From: a virus
Lineage: Duplodnaviria > Caudoviricetes
IMG/VR virus record: IMGVR_UViG_3300028792_000009
Span: 1-26,996 of that record
Strand: one strand, 5' to 3'
DNA: 26,996 bases
A program made the position numbers and the translations under genes. The stretch's first letter is position 1; the number at the start of each line of letters is the position of its first letter. The notes below the pieces were generated by a model. It was given only the letters and a program-made list of their open reading frames with translations, was not told the DNA's origin and made no database searches. Shown one piece after another: positions 24,953-26,996 of this stretch.

Positions 24953-26996
24953 ATGCTGTCGTTCACGCTGCCCGATGAGTTCGTAGAGGGCTATGCGAAG
25001 ACCCCCGTGAAGTGGGGCTACCCGGATGCTGGTGGCAACTCCATCGGCGAGATCACCTACCTGCGTTCGTACAGCCGTCTGAAAGAAGACGGCACGAAGG
25101 AACGCTGGCACGAGACCTGTGCTCGTGTCGTCAACGGCATGTACTCGATCCAGAAGGACTGGTGCAAGAACAACAGCCTTCCCTGGAACGAGAAGCAGGG
25201 TCAGAACTCCGCACAGGAGTGCTACGACCGCATGTTCAACATGAAGTGGCTGCCGCCTGGTCGTGGCATCTGGATGATGGGCACGCCGTTCGTGCACGAG
25301 CGTGGCAACTCTGCTGCGCTCCAGAACTGCGCGTTCGTGTCGACCTCCGACATGAACAAGCGCCACCCTGAGAAGCCGTTCGCCTTCCTCATGGAGGCGA
25401 GCATGCTGGGTGTCGGCGTCGGCTTTGACACCGAGGGTGCACTCAAGGGCATCCAGATCCAGAACCCGACTGGCAAGCCTGACGTGTACGTCGTGCCTGA
25501 CACGCGCGAGGGCTGGGTCGAGAGCATGTCGCTGCTGCTCCGCTCCTACATGGTGCCGAAGCAGACGCCCGTCTCTTTCGACTACAGCGAGGTACGTGAG
25601 GCTGGCCTGCCCATCAAGGGCTTCGGCGGTACGGCTGCCGGACCTGACCCGCTGATCAGCCTGCACGACCGCCTACGCGAGCAGTTCAACGGTCGTGGTG
25701 GCGAGACGGTCGGCGTCACTGACATCGTGGACATCGCCAACCACATCGGCGTCTGCGTCGTCGCTGGCAACGTGCGCCGCTCGGCTGAGATCGCACTAGG
25801 TGAGCCTGGCGACAAGGAGTTCCTGGACCTCAAGAACTACGGGACCATGGACGAGGACGGCATGGTCCTCCCAGGCATGGAGGGTCCGTCCTTCCACCGC
25901 ATGGCGTACGGCTGGATGTCCAACAACAGCATCCGCGTCACCGGTGACATCGACTACGGCCCGTACGTTCAGCCGATCCAGACCAACGGCGAGCCTGGCT
26001 TCCTCTACATGGACCTGGCTCGTGCATATGGACGCCTGGTAGATCCGCCGAACAACAAGGACTACCGCGCTAAGGGCGTCAACCCGTGCGGTGAGCAGAC
26101 GCTGGAGTCCTACGAGTGCTGCACGCTCGTGGAGACGTTCCCGACCAACTGCGAGGACAAGGCTGACTTCGAGCGCACGCTCAAGTTCGCCTACCTCTAC
26201 GCGAAGAGCGTGACCTTGGTGGCGACGCACTGGCCGGAGACGAACGCTGTCATGCAGCGCAACCGTCGCATCGGTACGAGCGTCTCCGGCATGGCGCAGT
26301 TCGTGGAGCAGCACGGCTGGACCGAACTGCGCACCTGGTTGAACGACGGCTACTCCGTCGTCCAGGACTGGGACACCATGTACTCGGAATGGCTGGGTGT
26401 CCGTACGTCCATCAAGACCACCAGCGTCAAGCCCTCAGGCTCGGTGTCGCTGGTCGCTGGCGTCACGCCTGGTGTGCACTGGCCGGTCTACGGCGACTAC
26501 ATCCGTCGCATGCGCCTGGGTAAGAACGACCCGCTCACGCTGGCCTGTGAGAAGGCTGGCTACAAGATCGAGCCGTGCATCGGCACCGAAGAGACGACCG
26601 TCGTTGTCGAGTTCCCAGTGCGTGGTCTGAACGTGCGCACCGAGAAGCAGGTGTCGGTCTTCGAGAAGGCTGCACTGGGTGTGTTGGCTCAGCGTTACTG
26701 GGCTGACAACCAGGTCTCCATGACGCTCACGTTCGACCCGGAGACAGAGGCTCAGCACATTGGGACGATCCTCCAGATGCACGAGGGTCAGTTGAAAAGC
26801 CTGTCGTTCCTCCCGATCAAGCCTGACAAGCAGTACAAGCAACTGCCGTACGAGGCGATCACCGAGGAGCAGTTCGACACGTACAAGGGCCTCCAACGAC
26901 TGGACCTTGAACTGTTGTACAACGGGGAAGGTGTTGTTGAGGCCGCAGGTGAGGCTTACTGCACCACTGATAAGTGTGAGATCAAGATCATCCCCC
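24953..26996 (+). CDS. nrdJ: Class II adenosylcobalamin-dependent ribonucleotide reductase, monomeric RTPR type (stop lies beyond the window)
   Basis: My translation from ATG 24953 gives TYLRSYSR, WLPPGRG.W, ALQNCAF, LGVGVGFD, GNVRRSAEI, NPCGEQ.LESYECCTLVE, RNRRIG, TSVKPSG and C-terminal YCTTDKC. It is missing from the ORF track because there is no stop in the window. Confidence 0.95.
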   Translation, partial: MLSFTLPDEFVEGYAKTPVKWGYPDAGGNSIGEITYLRSYSRLKEDGTKERWHETCARVVNGMYSIQKDWCKNNSLPWNEKQGQNSAQECYDRMFNMKWLPPGRGIWMMGTPFVHERGNSAALQNCAFVSTSDMNKRHPEKPFAFLMEASMLGVGVGFDTEGALKGIQIQNPTGKPDVYVVPDTREGWVESMSLLLRSYMVPKQTPVSFDYSEVREAGLPIKGFGGTAAGPDPLISLHDRLREQFNGRGGETVGVTDIVDIANHIGVCVVAGNVRRSAEIALGEPGDKEFLDLKNYGTMDEDGMVLPGMEGPSFHRMAYGWMSNNSIRVTGDIDYGPYVQPIQTNGEPGFLYMDLARAYGRLVDPPNNKDYRAKGVNPCGEQTLESYECCTLVETFPTNCEDKADFERTLKFAYLYAKSVTLVATHWPETNAVMQRNRRIGTSVSGMAQFVEQHGWTELRTWLNDGYSVVQDWDTMYSEWLGVRTSIKTTSVKPSGSVSLVAGVTPGVHWPVYGDYIRRMRLGKNDPLTLACEKAGYKIEPCIGTEETTVVVEFPVRGLNVRTEKQVSVFEKAALGVLAQRYWADNQVSMTLTFDPETEAQHIGTILQMHEGQLKSLSFLPIKPDKQYKQLPYEAITEEQFDTYKGLQRLDLELLYNGEGVVEAAGEAYCTTDKCEIKIIP

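Noticed and set aside
10178-26896. Long minus-strand and alternate-frame ORFs (e.g. 10178-11422, 11040-11942, 18676-19854, 22107-22961, 24929-25666)
   Set aside because: They lie over well-supported + strand genes and have no recognisable motifs. They are shadow ORFs expected from high GC3.
24953-26996. Intein or intron in nrdJ
   Set aside because: The frame is consistent from start to window end, the length (~680 aa) is normal, and I saw no splicing or homing-endonuclease motifs.

Overview
The window is a GC-rich segment of a tailed dsDNA phage or prophage genome, and every credible gene is on the + strand. An actinobacterial host is inferred from the codon bias, the TTGTCCACA-type DnaA boxes and the lysin/holin style. 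From left to right there are five parts. (1) A ~14 kb block of tail-tip, fibre and receptor-binding genes with lectin-like, LamG, C1q-like, FN3-like and CBM-like domains (1-14362). (2) An expanded lysis region of four small membrane or coiled-coil genes, a CHAP plus PG-binding endolysin and a holin, closed by a terminator (14423-17335). (3) A recombination/replication module: Cas4/PD-(D/E)XK nuclease, Sak4-like AAA_24 ATPase, SSB-like protein and primase-helicase (17533-22982). (4) Five coupled mini-ORFs, four of them Cys-rich, then a ~690 bp hairpin-dense non-coding region with DnaA boxes (candidate origin or ncRNA). (5) A class II, B12-dependent ribonucleotide reductase that runs off the right edge. 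The most notable observations are a stand-alone ethylene-receptor-like (CGxxH) 3-TM protein directly upstream of the endolysin, hairpins occluding the starts of two lysis genes, FN3-like domains nested inside one another in two tail proteins, and DnaA-box triplets plus a shared inverted 17/18-nt motif bracketing the replication module. All family assignments come from motif recognition by eye; no searches were run.
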